Source: Schizochytrium sp. TIO01 (Eukaryota > Protista > Bigyra: Labyrinthulomycetes). From it: 64,000 nucleotides of DNA. Below, piece after piece: positions 1-12,190 of this stretch (its first letter is position 1; the number at the start of each line of letters is the position of its first letter). The DNA lies in contig SMSO01000036.1 in the NCBI GenBank assembly GCA_004764695.1, forward strand, positions 806,001-870,000, given 5' to 3'. Position numbers and translations under genes: made by a program. The notes beneath the pieces are model-generated. The model did not search any database, was not told the origin of the DNA, and saw only the letters and a program-made list of their open reading frames with translations.

Positions 1-2626
1 GCTTAGCTCATGCCTGTAAAAACTATTAGTGAAATTTCTAAATTTTGTGGTTCCGTGTGAGATCTCAGGAGAGAGCGCAGAACACCCATCACAATAGTTT
101 TCTTGCTATGGATTTCATGTTGCCATTTCCCCTCTGTAAGCATTTTGCAGACCTTGTTTTTGACATGGAGACAAATTCGCAAATTCAAAACCAGCTTTAT
201 TAAAAAAAGCCGCTATACTTTCCAAGGTTAATTGCTTATTGGCGAAGACAATGGTTAGATACTCAGGTTGTAGCACAGGTCGAAATATTTAACGGATCTT
301 TTCCAAAAGAGCGCAAGCAGTTTCTAGTTGCAAAAGAAGTAATTGAGTCTGATATTTTTCTCTGTTTATGGTTCTCTGTTTTCAGGATAGTGTGCAATCT
401 GAAGGGATATTTTGGTGCTGCAGTAGTTCTCTAGTTGGATCCTTCAGTATGAAAGGATTTCATGCGTCTTCTTGACAAAGTTTAAAGCAGTAAGTTAACA
501 AGAGCGTCAAGCTATTGCAGACATTCCTTCAAATTTTATTTTGACGTTGGACTTGTGAGCACCTTTTAAAATCTTGTTTTAAAAAATTAAATAAATAAAT
601 ACATGGTAGTACCTACTGATTTCACATGTAGTATAATATGATAAGACTAAAAGCTGTCCATTATCTATAGTCCCTGAGGTCTATATATATAATCATAATC
701 CTTAAAAGAGTACTCAGGATTGAGTTCAACAACTTACTTTAATTATTTTTATCCGTTTAAATTCACAACTTCTTGTTCTCAGAGACCTGAAAACGCTATA
801 TACTGCTTATATCGAAGCTATGAGCTAGTTTACTTCTAGAATAGATAACATCCGAACTGGAGGTGTAATGAATTAGGGTTTCAAGAGATATCGAATGTGA
901 TCAGGTTCAAATTCAAATGTTTTTTGCGTTGCTTAATCTTGATTGCACTTTTTATTATTTGTTTATCTACTAACAAAGAAATAAAATATAGAAGAGGCCT
1001 AAATATAAATGTAATCGTTTTTGTTTCTTTAAACATTTTAAAAAAGTAATTTTAAAAATAACTTATTTAGGTAATAATAAGAAGAATAAATATATATGTT
1101 CGAGACATAGTTTCACTGTTTTTTATTCATTAATTTTAAGTTTGGAAAACTAAGAACTCTTGTCAAAGTTGCAAATATGAAACATTTTATCAAACTGTTC
1201 AGAATAGAAAAAATGAGGAGAGCATATCAAATATAAACTTTTGTAAATTTTGTAAATAACTTTTGATAAATATTCAATCAAATTCCAATACACGCAGACA
1301 GGAAATATGTGGTTCAAATTGAATCGTTCATTAACAGCTCGCATGCATGTTTTTCAATTATGGGGGGTGCTTACTACATCGTATAGTTTTACATCATATT
1401 ATAGAATTGGGAATTATTTTTAAGTGCTCTTTGCTCATCTGCCTTGAAAAAGGTCGAGAATGAAAGGGTATCAGTAGTAACAAGGCAAAATGTCCACTGC
1501 AAAGGCCTGGTATTATCAGTACATATACAGTACCAACCGGGCGCCCTTATATTTGTTCCAAGATACGGTTGCTTGCACACCACTTTGGTAAAGGGACTAT
1601 AGTGACGACTCATTTTCAAAGTAAAATATAACGGTTTTGCGGGTCGACGTGGAAGACTCTTTCTAGTATTCTTTTCATTTTATAGATAATTTAAAAGGAA
1701 ACTGAACAAAGAACTAAGTGATCTGCTGTACAATCATCTAATAAAGAGTTTAACTTCATACTGTCTTCCACACCACGAGCACTCGCGAAATAGTTTTTAG
1801 AATGCATTCGTTACAGAATTTTTTTTGGAATAAATACGAACTGCCGCAGTTCAAGGTGGTGCTTATTTCATCAAGAAAAATATGAGAAATCGAGAAAGAA
1901 AATTAAAATAATTAAGAAACACGAAGGAAAATAAAAAGTAGAAGGGATTTTGAAATAATAGCTAGCTATACCTAGTACCCTACTCCCAAATGCAACGCCG
2001 AAAGCCAAAAAGAACAAAAGAATATATCCTAACAAAACTTAGATTCGATTATCGTTTACTCTATGGATATCCTTATGGTCAAATGCACGCACTTGTACTG
2101 AGTATACATAGGTACAGCAACTTTTTAAATTAATGAATGTCGTTTCAAAAAAAAAAAAAAAAAAAAACTATTTAAATTGCAATGCAAGAATACCTCATCG
2201 AATAATTCAACGTACACAATCCGGCCGAACAAAATAACATTGAAAGCAGCTTTTGATTTTCATTATTTGAATTTTACACTTGTTCATGGTAGTGTAGTTA
2301 AATTCCCTCGGATCCGGTAAAGTCTAAGAAAAAGTTTATTTGAAATTTGTTTATGTTTCAATTCTATTCTCTCTTTATATTTTTTTATCATTAAAGAAAT
2401 AAAATAAAATGAAACCTGATACTGCTGCCAGGTTCAGATTCGTTACAAATGTACCACCGCGTATTGCACATATTTGAATCGCTCTATTTTTAGTAACTAT
2501 ATATTAAATGTATTCTTCTGATCACGAGGGTTTCTTTCATGAAGTCAGATTCTTAACGATTAGCAGACAAAGCAAACTCCTAATTGCCGCGGCAAGTTTT
2601 TCATATCTTCTTGAGCTGGTGAAGAA

Positions 2627-5600
2627 ATGTTGCGGACACGAACCAACTCGATTTCAATGCGCTCTTTGGTTATCGCCTTCGTTGCTTTCGCAGTCACAGT
2701 CGCCTCTTGCAATGGTGATAGGCCCACGCGTTTCTTCGATTCTCAAAGCACACCGGCATTTCCAGCTTGCTCGGCTAGTTATGCAACTCCCTGCGCCTTC
2801 AATAATGTTTATCGACTTGTTGAAAGAGTTAGCTCCTTAATTGAAGCATCGAGCAATTTAGAAAGTCTCTTTACATCAATCAACAATGCATCGGAAAACG
2901 TACAAGACGGATTTTTTTTTGCACCATATGTTTTTAACTCAACATCCATGCGATGTATTGCAAATGGGAGAGATATCTCTTTCTATAATTTGACGATTGA
3001 AGAGATTGCACAAAGCTTAGGTGTTACATCAGTGCAAGATGACCTTTCTAGTGAGATGCACTCTACTGCAGATGAATCAGAAGACGGATGGTTTAAATTT
3101 GTCTTCGTGTCAGAAGATTATGTAGGCGAGCCCATTGCTCACTTAGGCTATGCCAAGCAGGCTCAGGATTTTAATAACAACACCTACATTGTAATGGCTA
3201 GTCTAGCATACAGACTTCTTCCAAGAATGGATATTGATGCTTGTCCAACATCTGTAAATAGAAGGTGCAACATACAAAATGTCCGTTCCTTAGTTGGGGC
3301 AGCCCTCTACGAGGCTATGACTGCAGAGAGTGAAGCTTCACTTCGCGAAGTATGGAGCGAAATTACATTTCCTCGACCAGACGACATTACATTTCGTGAT
3401 CAATCATGGTATATCTTTGTTTTTGAATTTGGTGACGGCAACGATGGCGACTGCTACGCTCATCTCAATTATAATTGGATTCGATGGAATTTATACGGAA
3501 TCTCCAAACTATTTATCGAAGATGTGCAACAACAAGATGGTTCTGTCATTCATGAGCACTTTAGCGAAGCAGCGCTTCAGGGAGGAGGCTGGGTAAAGTA
3601 CAACTGGACAACTTCCCCATCAGTACCTGCTCTGCTGAAAGTGAGTTATGTGACTGGTGTGGAACTGTTTAACCGCAAGTACTATATCGGAGCAGGGTTT
3701 AATCACATGCGCGACCCTGTAAATGCAGGACCTGTCTGTAGCCAATGTTCGGCTAGCTATAGCAGCCCTTGTGCGATCGGCAATGTACTTTCGCTAAGCG
3801 CACATACTGAAGTTGAACTTCTTACAAAAGCTGAGGCAAACGTAGTTTTTACTCATATTAGCGAAGGCCAAGCATTCAAAATGGATGGTGGTTTTGGAAT
3901 TATCCTCGTTGATTACAACCAAACTGTTATGGCAGATAGTCTTTTCCCTGATAGTTTAAACCAGGATGCAGAGAGTTCCTTCGCAGAGCGCAGCATCCTG
4001 TTTGAATATTCCACTCATGAATCACTTATGGCGCTGGCTGATGGTGGTGGCGGTTGGATACAGTTATCTGGGATTGATGGCCACAGTGATTTTATTGCCT
4101 TTGTCAACAAAATCAGCAAGTTTGAGCGAAGCTACTACTTGCTCAATGGATATTACAATGAGCGTGCCCCCACTGTTGATGAATGTTCTGCAGAATATTC
4201 AGACGAGTGCAGTGAGATCAATGCAAAAGCCCTGGTCGGAGACGTAGTAACGTCCATTCAAGTTGCATCATCCGATTCAGAATTTACAAGTATTTTGGAA
4301 AGCATCAATACAGGTAAGAACTCTAGTTACTTTATCACGCCAAATTTCTATGCTATCGTGCTCGATAGCGATTTCAACCTACTTGCGCATGGTGATACCG
4401 ACTTATTTCAAACCTGGAACATATCAGTTCCTGATAGCTACATGTCCTTCGTCCAACAAGAAGAAGGGGTTTCATCTCTCGGAAATGATTTCGAGGCCGA
4501 ACTTCGCTCAGCAGCATTTAAAGTGGGTGGGGGCTTCGTTTCTTTAACATGGAACACACCTGAGCAAAACTTGGTCAAGACTGCCTACGTTCAAGCCGCA
4601 AAACGAGTGTCATCAACCACAGGAGCCAGCCTCACCTATTACGTTTTGACAATGTTCATTAATGCGCCTGCACCTACCTTGGACTCAGCTGGATGTCCAA
4701 CATATTCGTATGGTGTGAATCATAATGATGGTCTTCCAGTCCGATGCGAGTGCGGATTCTACTATATGCCTGAGTACTCAGTTGTCGAAAATGAAAATTG
4801 TGTTGAGACTTTTGTCAGCAACTATTCCATGACCTGCATTGCTGACCCAAGCAAGACCAGTATTGATGGAGTTAAGAATATTGCAATGGCACTAGGCATG
4901 ATCAATTGTCTATTTGCATTCGCTTGTATAATGTGGACTGTTGCTATGCGTCGACATGTAATTGTCAAGGCCTCGCAGCCAATGCTGCTTGTTCTTGTTG
5001 GGGTAGGCACGATTGTTTCATCCACTACAATATTTGTTATGGTCATTGATGATAAGGTCGGTCCACCAGCTGGAGAGGGAATAAATGATCAAGCAAACTG
5101 GGCATGCATGGCACAACCCTGGTTCTACGGCGCAGGCTTTGCAATTACGTATTGTAGCATGATCGTAAAACTTCGTCGCGTTGCAAAGGTTTTTAAAAGC
5201 GCAGTGAAAATGTCGAAGAAGGTTCGCGGTGTTTCCTTCAAGATGACATTGCTCATTTTGATGGGACTGTTGAGTGTTGAGTTCCTCATTTTAATCATTT
5301 GGACAACAAGCGATCCCTTGAAGTTTGTTCGCCCGGAAGAAAGCCCATTAAATGGCGCTTGCGAAAGTACAAATGCACGTACATTCCTGGAGCTCATGGC
5401 AGTTTATCACCTTATTCTTCTTTTTTACGGTGCCTATCTAAGTTATCGCTGCCGCAAGATGAATGGTGTCTTTGCAGAGACGAAGTACCTGAGTTTAGCT
5501 ATGCTTGGGAATCTCCAAGTTCTTTTGCTTGCTTTGCCTGTCATAGTTCTGACAGCTGATGATGCGGAAACCTCTATGTTTATTCGATCTATTGCTGTCT

Positions 5601-5815
5601 TTCTCAACGACTTTTCTACGACAGCTCTAATCTTTGGACCTAAGGTTTACTTTAGCATATTCGGAGCTCCTGCCGGATCTGGGGATGGAGGTTCCGTGTT
5701 TAAGTCAAGTGATCCTAAAAGCTCTGCCACAAACAAGACTAATCGCACAGCAATTGCGCCATCTAGCGTGGCTTTTCGTTCTTCAATGGTATCCAAGACT
5801 GAAGCAGACGAATAA
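2627..5815 (+). CDS. Class C (7tm_3, GABA-B-like) GPCR with signal peptide and four tandem Cache-like extracellular repeats
   Basis: 1062-aa single-exon ORF (alternative ATG at 2657) with signal peptide MRSLVIAFVAFAVTVASC. The C-terminal 7TM (~4874-5660) has class C motifs VIVKASQPMLL, CMAQPWFYGAGFAITY..MIVKLRRV, VFAETKYL and LIFGPK. Four ~150-aa repeats carry C-x7-C, Y-x-F-V, GGGW-x-x-Y-x-W and K-x-x-YV motifs. Confidence 0.85.
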   Translation: MLRTRTNSISMRSLVIAFVAFAVTVASCNGDRPTRFFDSQSTPAFPACSASYATPCAFNNVYRLVERVSSLIEASSNLESLFTSINNASENVQDGFFFAPYVFNSTSMRCIANGRDISFYNLTIEEIAQSLGVTSVQDDLSSEMHSTADESEDGWFKFVFVSEDYVGEPIAHLGYAKQAQDFNNNTYIVMASLAYRLLPRMDIDACPTSVNRRCNIQNVRSLVGAALYEAMTAESEASLREVWSEITFPRPDDITFRDQSWYIFVFEFGDGNDGDCYAHLNYNWIRWNLYGISKLFIEDVQQQDGSVIHEHFSEAALQGGGWVKYNWTTSPSVPALLKVSYVTGVELFNRKYYIGAGFNHMRDPVNAGPVCSQCSASYSSPCAIGNVLSLSAHTEVELLTKAEANVVFTHISEGQAFKMDGGFGIILVDYNQTVMADSLFPDSLNQDAESSFAERSILFEYSTHESLMALADGGGGWIQLSGIDGHSDFIAFVNKISKFERSYYLLNGYYNERAPTVDECSAEYSDECSEINAKALVGDVVTSIQVASSDSEFTSILESINTGKNSSYFITPNFYAIVLDSDFNLLAHGDTDLFQTWNISVPDSYMSFVQQEEGVSSLGNDFEAELRSAAFKVGGGFVSLTWNTPEQNLVKTAYVQAAKRVSSTTGASLTYYVLTMFINAPAPTLDSAGCPTYSYGVNHNDGLPVRCECGFYYMPEYSVVENENCVETFVSNYSMTCIADPSKTSIDGVKNIAMALGMINCLFAFACIMWTVAMRRHVIVKASQPMLLVLVGVGTIVSSTTIFVMVIDDKVGPPAGEGINDQANWACMAQPWFYGAGFAITYCSMIVKLRRVAKVFKSAVKMSKKVRGVSFKMTLLILMGLLSVEFLILIIWTTSDPLKFVRPEESPLNGACESTNARTFLELMAVYHLILLFYGAYLSYRCRKMNGVFAETKYLSLAMLGNLQVLLLALPVIVLTADDAETSMFIRSIAVFLNDFSTTALIFGPKVYFSIFGAPAGSGDGGSVFKSSDPKSSATNKTNRTAIAPSSVAFRSSMVSKTEADE

Positions 5816-7247
5816 CGTACTTTATCTTCATGAATCATTCGCTTATTCTATTATGCAATTTCCACCTTGAAAGTTAAACAAACTGACGCAGATACTCCTT
5901 CCATACTTTGGTGGCCCATTCCTGAGCAGATTCAGGTTGGATATATTCTCAGTTCCTTATCCTAATTTTTCGATATTCTTTTTTATTTGTCTTATTTTGT
6001 TTTGTTTTCTTCTGTCCTGCAGTCAGGTGATTGCTTTGATGATTGGAAGTTGCAAATGATTCTCAATAAACCGGCCAAAGGCCATATTAAAAAGCTTATG
6101 ACAGATAAATTTTGCTACATTGACTATGCACATTTTAGATGGATCAAAGGTACAATGCTTTGCGACTGGGAATTGATTTATGCATACCAATATTCGCAGA
6201 AATCATTTTGTGACGTAGCTCTAGATACCACTGCCCCCCCCACCCCCACCCCCAATGGTGAATCTTTTTTCCTTACAACCCCGAAATCTAGCGAATCCTA
6301 TATTTTGAAGTGAGTACTCGATTTCAAAAGCAAACATGTGTGAGATATCCATGAAACAACAAAAATACTAAGAAGAGCACTGGTTTGTTAACCTTTAAAA
6401 AAAGAAAAGAAAAAAAGAGATCAAGCCTAATAGGATCCAAAGCTCGTCAGTTTTGAATTTAACTTTCATTGAGCTGCCATTACCAAAGGTAACCTAAATC
6501 TGCAAGTATCTTGGGATACTATAGGGTTTACAAAATATAAATAACAGATGACATTCTTGAAGTCCTTAATTACGTCATCACTACCTAGAAATTAGAATTA
6601 AGACTATTTGTTGCCCATAGTCGCTGTTGGAATGCATGGCTCTAAAACAATAGCTTGATTATTTCTACTCCAGTAGGAATCTATGAGAGCATAGTCTTCT
6701 TGAAGAATTCCGGGCTTCAATCATGAAGTAGCCGGTGTCTTATATTGTTTATCTTTATGTTTAATTTAAACAAAAATGTTATTCCAATGGTTTAATCCGT
6801 TACAGAAATGCACACCGTTATTAATTAATATTACGGCCTTGTTTCATTTCTAGTGTCTAATTCATAGAAGATCTATGATCAGAATTGGGAACATCAATGT
6901 ATTTCTCCTTCGAGAAATCAACTATGATCTAAACATCAGCACTATTCTTATCAAATTATCTATCTATCTATCTATCCATGTGTATATGTATGTAAATATA
7001 TCTAAATTATGGTGAAAAGTAATATACAACTTTTTAAAATACTATATTTATTCATTTATCATTTAATGTCAGTAATATCATGAACATCAACTATAATTGA
7101 TGTCACATAAACAATATAGAGAAGCGCCTGTTTGAACGTATTTATGTATACGTGTGCGTTTTGCTAAAGCGAAATGAAGGAGATAGTTGATTACTCAGAC
7201 GTATTGCATTGCATATCCTTATTTTGATAGTTAACAGTATTTTGAAA

Positions 7248-7907
7248 ATGGACGCACCAACACCTTGGAGGGCATATGCAGCAGTTCGGAAGACCGGGGC
7301 GCCCGTAGCAATCGGAGGGGAAACGAGCAACCAATCAATCTGTGGCATTAGTGAACGAGAGGAGGTCTCGAATCGAAAAACCCTATACAAGAGTGACAGT
7401 CAAAAGACATTATCTCATCATAGGAGACTTTCACATCGACCTTTTAAACAACGGGGGTGGATAATTGACTCACTAAACCAGGTTCATGATGTACAACAAC
7501 ACGAGAAACGGTTGATTGGTCGCAACATTGCAACTTTGAAGTCCGGGAAACGAGACCAAACTATTGTTTATGACAGACCCATATCCGTAATTAATGAGTT
7601 CATCTTGAATGGTAATCGAGATGCAGAATATTGGAAAGAGCACAACTCAAAAACAGAACACTATTTGCAAGGTCGCTTGATTCCTAGCAACCTCATCCAG
7701 AGCCCAACACACTCACGCCACCTTGCTTTCAAAGATCGTCTTCAGTTTTTAGTAGGAGGTAAAGGTGTTGACCCACGTCTCTTGTTCAGATTATGCACAT
7801 CAAAGTCTCGTATGGCTGCCATTCGCGTCCAATGCTGGTGGCGACAAGTAGCAGCTCGTAGAAAATTTGTGAAGCTCTGGTACAGGAAAAGAGGTGGTTT
7901 TTCATAA
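7248..7907 (+). CDS. Hypothetical protein with C-terminal IQ (calmodulin-binding) motif
   Basis: First ATG at 7248 (MDAPTPW). AAIRVQCWWRQVAARRKF fits the IQxxxRxxxxR pattern. May continue in the +1 frame to 8121. Confidence 0.55.
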   Translation: MDAPTPWRAYAAVRKTGAPVAIGGETSNQSICGISEREEVSNRKTLYKSDSQKTLSHHRRLSHRPFKQRGWIIDSLNQVHDVQQHEKRLIGRNIATLKSGKRDQTIVYDRPISVINEFILNGNRDAEYWKEHNSKTEHYLQGRLIPSNLIQSPTHSRHLAFKDRLQFLVGGKGVDPRLLFRLCTSKSRMAAIRVQCWWRQVAARRKFVKLWYRKRGGFS

Positions 7908-8295
7908 CATTGGACAACGAGATCTAAGAAAGATAAGATTTGCAATCCGCGTGACTATCAAAATTATTAACCGAGAACTCAAAGGATTATTGAAATTTGA
8001 GGCCTGTTCTTCCTGTAAATTCCCTTGCTCTCTTTCAACGAGGCTGCCAGCAAACCGCAGAGTCATATCAAAGTGTCATGATCACCAATCACTACTAAAT
8101 CCCCTTACAAACAGAAAATAAAATAAAGAAAATACGAAAGAAAAATCAATCATGTGTTCTTAATGTTAATGTGCACATTTATATTCATAATGCGCCTTCA
8201 GATACACACGCCATCACTTCAGTATGCTAGGCACCTCCCTAAATCTGGACTATTACGTATATTGTAGCTGAATGTTGGGACAAACTTTGATGACA

Positions 8296-9966
8296 TTAGA
8301 ACATATCTTTCAGAGCTTCCTCTGCATCTTGATCTTCATGCGTTTTGGAGCCTCCGATACGAAGATGATCCGCAACATCATTGCTCAGTTCTATATCGTC
8401 ATCCGAGCTCTCGACATCGTCATCTTCGTCGTCCTCGATGCCAGCGTAAGGATCATCATTCTCGTGGTCCACTTCGCCATTTAAGATCTCCATATCATCG
8501 AGTTCAGGAAGCGGGAAGCGGAGGATCGCTGCAACACCAGAAAGCTGCGCAAGCTGTTCGCCAGAAGTATGTAGTGCTGAAAAAATGTAGACCTTGGCCC
8601 CTGCATCTCGACAGGCCTCGACTAAATCCACATATTGACGCCGTGTCTTGATATCAGATGCCCGGAAAAGGGAATCGGTGATTAAAAGCGAATCAATAGC
8701 TCCCTTTTCAAGAGCAGCCTGGACATGGGGGTATGAGTAGAAGGCCATCTCAGAATTTTCGTTTAGCATCCTGAAGAATTTGTTTAAAACCTTCACCTCT
8801 TTAGCTGCTTGAGAATCAAGAAGCTGTGATTGTAAACCAGGATCAGCAAGGACCTGGTCTAGTGCATGTTTGTAACCTGAAGAAGAATGAGCCAGTACAA
8901 AACGCTCCTTGTTTTGTAGAATAATTTTCAAATCAGGTCGTTTATTCTATATATCAAATGCTTGGTTTAAATTGCATTACTGAGTCAGTAGCCGGTCTTT
9001 GTACAATGACTTTCTAGCTTTGAACACAAAAAAGGGTTTTCCATTCTTTGGTGAATGCATCCTCAGAACTTACCGCCTCCGCGATGATGTACTTGAAAAA
9101 GTCATCTTTGACATATCCAGGGCTGGCAATCAAAACACTCTTGACAATTGAAAAATCTATCTCCCTTAGGAGGGCCTGTAGCACCATTTCGAAGAACTTT
9201 TCTACATTTTCACGGTGCACTTTACCATCTGCCCTTTTCTTGGGTATGTTTCGTTCGATTTTCGCCCGAAGAATGGTCATATGGCCTGTGATGAGACAAA
9301 CATGCGCAAGACCCTGCTGCATGACAATGGCGGCTAATTGGGCTTGCTTCACAGGGTTGCATGCTGTCTCGAGCCTCTCAAGAAATATTGTATCCCATTG
9401 CGCCTTTTGAATTGTGAAGTTGCGGTGCGGCTCTAACTCAATAGTATGGTAAGCGTTGAGCTTAATGTGAGGCGATTCAGTCTGATTACGCCCACTCAAG
9501 CGAATGGCACATTCCTCTGGATCAAAGTCTACACCCTCCACCCGAATCGTTACAGTCAGACGAACCTTCTGGGACGAGACGGCTGTTGTGCCTTCCTTCA
9601 CAACCTTTCGAAAAGTACTTGCCTTTACCAAATCTCCAACGGAAATCAGGTTGTACACATGCCACATATCCTCGCCATCATCTGCGCATAGGACGACCTG
9701 TGTTTTGTATAAACTCGTTTCCAAGCCGAGTTGCCACAACGTTGTGTGAGAAGTTAGCATTCCTGGACTATCACGATTTTGCGATATTTTGCGAACTATC
9801 GCTTGTTACCCTTGCGATACTGAAGCAAATAGCAAGACCCTTTGCGATTTCATGGAAATGATGAGCAAAAGGATAGCACCATGCGCTAGGATTATTCTTG
9901 CGTACTCTAAATACATACCTGTCCCTCGCCGTCCTTAGCAGAAATGTTCTTCTTGATTAGCCTCAT
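8296..9966 (-). CDS. PELO: Pelota/Dom34 (eRF1 family ribosome-rescue factor), 3 exons, ~440 aa
   Basis: Exons 9966-9919, 9697-9074, 8946-8296; introns GTATGT..CAG and GTAAGT..TAG keep frame. Spliced product MRLIKKNISAKDGEGQ|VVLCADDGEDMWHVYNLI..., with motifs YHTIELE, IASPGYVKD, HSSSGYKHAL, SALHTSGEQLAQLSGVAAILRFPLPEL and an acidic tail. Confidence 0.95.
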
Positions 9967-12007
9967 GGTTGCACTTGTTTATCCAGACACCTCCGACTTT
10001 TGACGAAGCGAGGTAAAAACAAACACAACCTGCGACTGTCGGCGTCAATTTGGGGGGTCTAGATCATACCAGATTGTTTCGCGTCTAAGTTGTGTCCTGG
10101 CGTAGGCAAAGCTCTTCTCCACGAAGCTCTCCCTTCTGCTATGCCAGCACTATTGAGTCTGAGTCATACTGTAGAACTCTACAGAGTCTAAACAGTAACA
10201 CTTGTATAGGATATGCGTATTTTCCTCAGTGTAACAAATAGGCAGGTACCTACTTAGGCTGCTACCAGTATCAGTATAAGGCTTTGAGCAGTGATTACTA
10301 AGAACGAACTCTTGCGTAAAGAAGTCTAACCAATGATTAGCCTGAAGAAACATAAATGGGCCCGTTGACTACTCATGTAGGCTTAACCCTCAGAGCAATT
10401 TTTCAATTACCAAACTTTGTAAGTGGGATAACATGAACTACATTTTGCACAAAACTAATATTTTAGCACTTAGTATCGCTTCAAAGAAACTGATTTAGGC
10501 ATAATTAAGTAATCCATCATTCAATGCAGACCTCATTCGCCTTACAAACTTGTGTGTGATTAGCTCCTCCACATGCTCAAAGATAAACTCTTTCACTAGC
10601 GTTTCCTTTCTGGCCTTCATTTTATGGCTTGCCTATCTCACCCTAGCCACCAGTAGGCACATCGCTTATGTATTGTGAAAAACCAGGGCTGCGTGCAATG
10701 TTTGTCACACGATAAACCAACTTCACTTTCCTAGCTCGTATTAATATAACAATTTCGAAAGATACTAATTCGAGAAAATGAGTTTCTTTTAAACTGTTAA
10801 GCCCTGCTTGACAACGCACTTGTATCAGTAAATTGCGAGGCCTCTGAATGGGTAGTTGGCCATGCATTTGAAATATTTTGCATTGATCTTCTTCATCTTT
10901 TGAATGAGCATCAAGGTAAAAGACTGGAAGCTCAGAGTAGCAAATAAGATGATATTTAGTTTCACTAGAGAGTACGTAGAGAACGTTTGCTTTAAGCATT
11001 TCCAACGTAAATCAGGAATAGAACCAACAGTTTCTTTACAATTTGCCATTGGACTTTATCACTCTGTGAGTCTGATGACTCATTGATTGTATATTCAATT
11101 TGTTTTTGCTAAAATTAGAGCCCTCCATTGACAAGAGCGTAAAATGCATTGGTAATGCGAAGGCACGCGCGGAGTCTCATCGGGATGGTCGGTTCAAGGT
11201 TTCAAATTTACTTCTCAGGGAAATATGTACATAGTTTGAAGAGCGGAGGATAGTCACGTTTCAATTTTTTTGTGAATGGATGCAAGTCTTGTTAAATTAA
11301 TCTTTGATATCTTGTATAATTTGAATGTATCGTGAAGCATAAAGATATAGGTGCGAGAAAAATTGGAGTTAGATAAGTAGCTAGTTCGAAAATAGCTTAT
11401 AATGGTCATAAATAATAAAATACATACATAATTGCATACTATCTACAAGCCAGATCATATTCTCCTCTTGCTTAAGTCCAAATAGGTGCAAGGTTGATAG
11501 AATTGATAGAATGTAGGCACTTGCGTTTATACATGATCCAAACAGGCATTATTGGGAAGAGGAATATAGTCAAATTCACGGTGGTTTTAGACCTTTTTTT
11601 CTTCTTTTCATTTTTGTGACATAAACCAATAAATTAAATTATTAGAGCAGTCTCTTCATCGTTAAGTCTATGAACCCAAATTTGCTATCCTCCAGGTACA
11701 AACAACTCTCAACTTTACGTAACAGTTGCAAAGTTTGAGTGACGCGTTGACATTTAACAGCAGCATCATTCAGTGTCCTCAACAGTCAAATGTGCAAAAA
11801 AAGATGCATTTCCAATTTGTTCCTTACCAGGTAGGTGCCGCCATTTATTATTTTCTTGAGAAAGCATGCACTACTACTTAACACTGGTAGGTAGGTATCT
11901 ACCTGCGTCTATTGCAGTTACTAGCTTCTGAGTAAAAACTTTGGTTGAAGCAACATGAAACTCAACTCCGCATACCAAGGTAGGTAAATCACTCTCAATA
12001 GGCACCT

Positions 12008-12190
12008 ATTGTTATGGTTTGAGTTTTACTAAAGCTAAAGATGTTAGCTAATTTGTCTGAATAGTGAGATCGGGTGCCTCAGTATTGGTTGAGGTACTAG
12101 CCCATGAATTATTGCTTTGGCTTCAGTTTATTTTTTTGTTCGCCCAAGCTAAAAGATTTCAACATAATACCTCTGCCTTGTGAAAATGGG
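12008..12190 (+). repeat. Two adjacent copies of a dispersed ~75-bp repeat
   Basis: attgttatggtttgagttttactaaagctaaagat...ctgaatagtgaga and attgctttggcttcagttt...cccaagctaaaagattt...cctctgccttgtga both match the consensus seen at 49.9-52 kb. Confidence 0.55.

Noticed and set aside
1-2500. Short ORFs and a poly-A run (2147-2167) as a possible retroelement end
   Set aside because: No RT/endonuclease motifs or TSD recognised.
5987-6313. 108-aa ORF after the GPCR
   Set aside because: Non-ATG start, runs through low-complexity tracts, no family recognised.
10643-11086. Three overlapping short ORFs upstream of pelota
   Set aside because: No recognisable motif and AT-rich; cannot support a gene.
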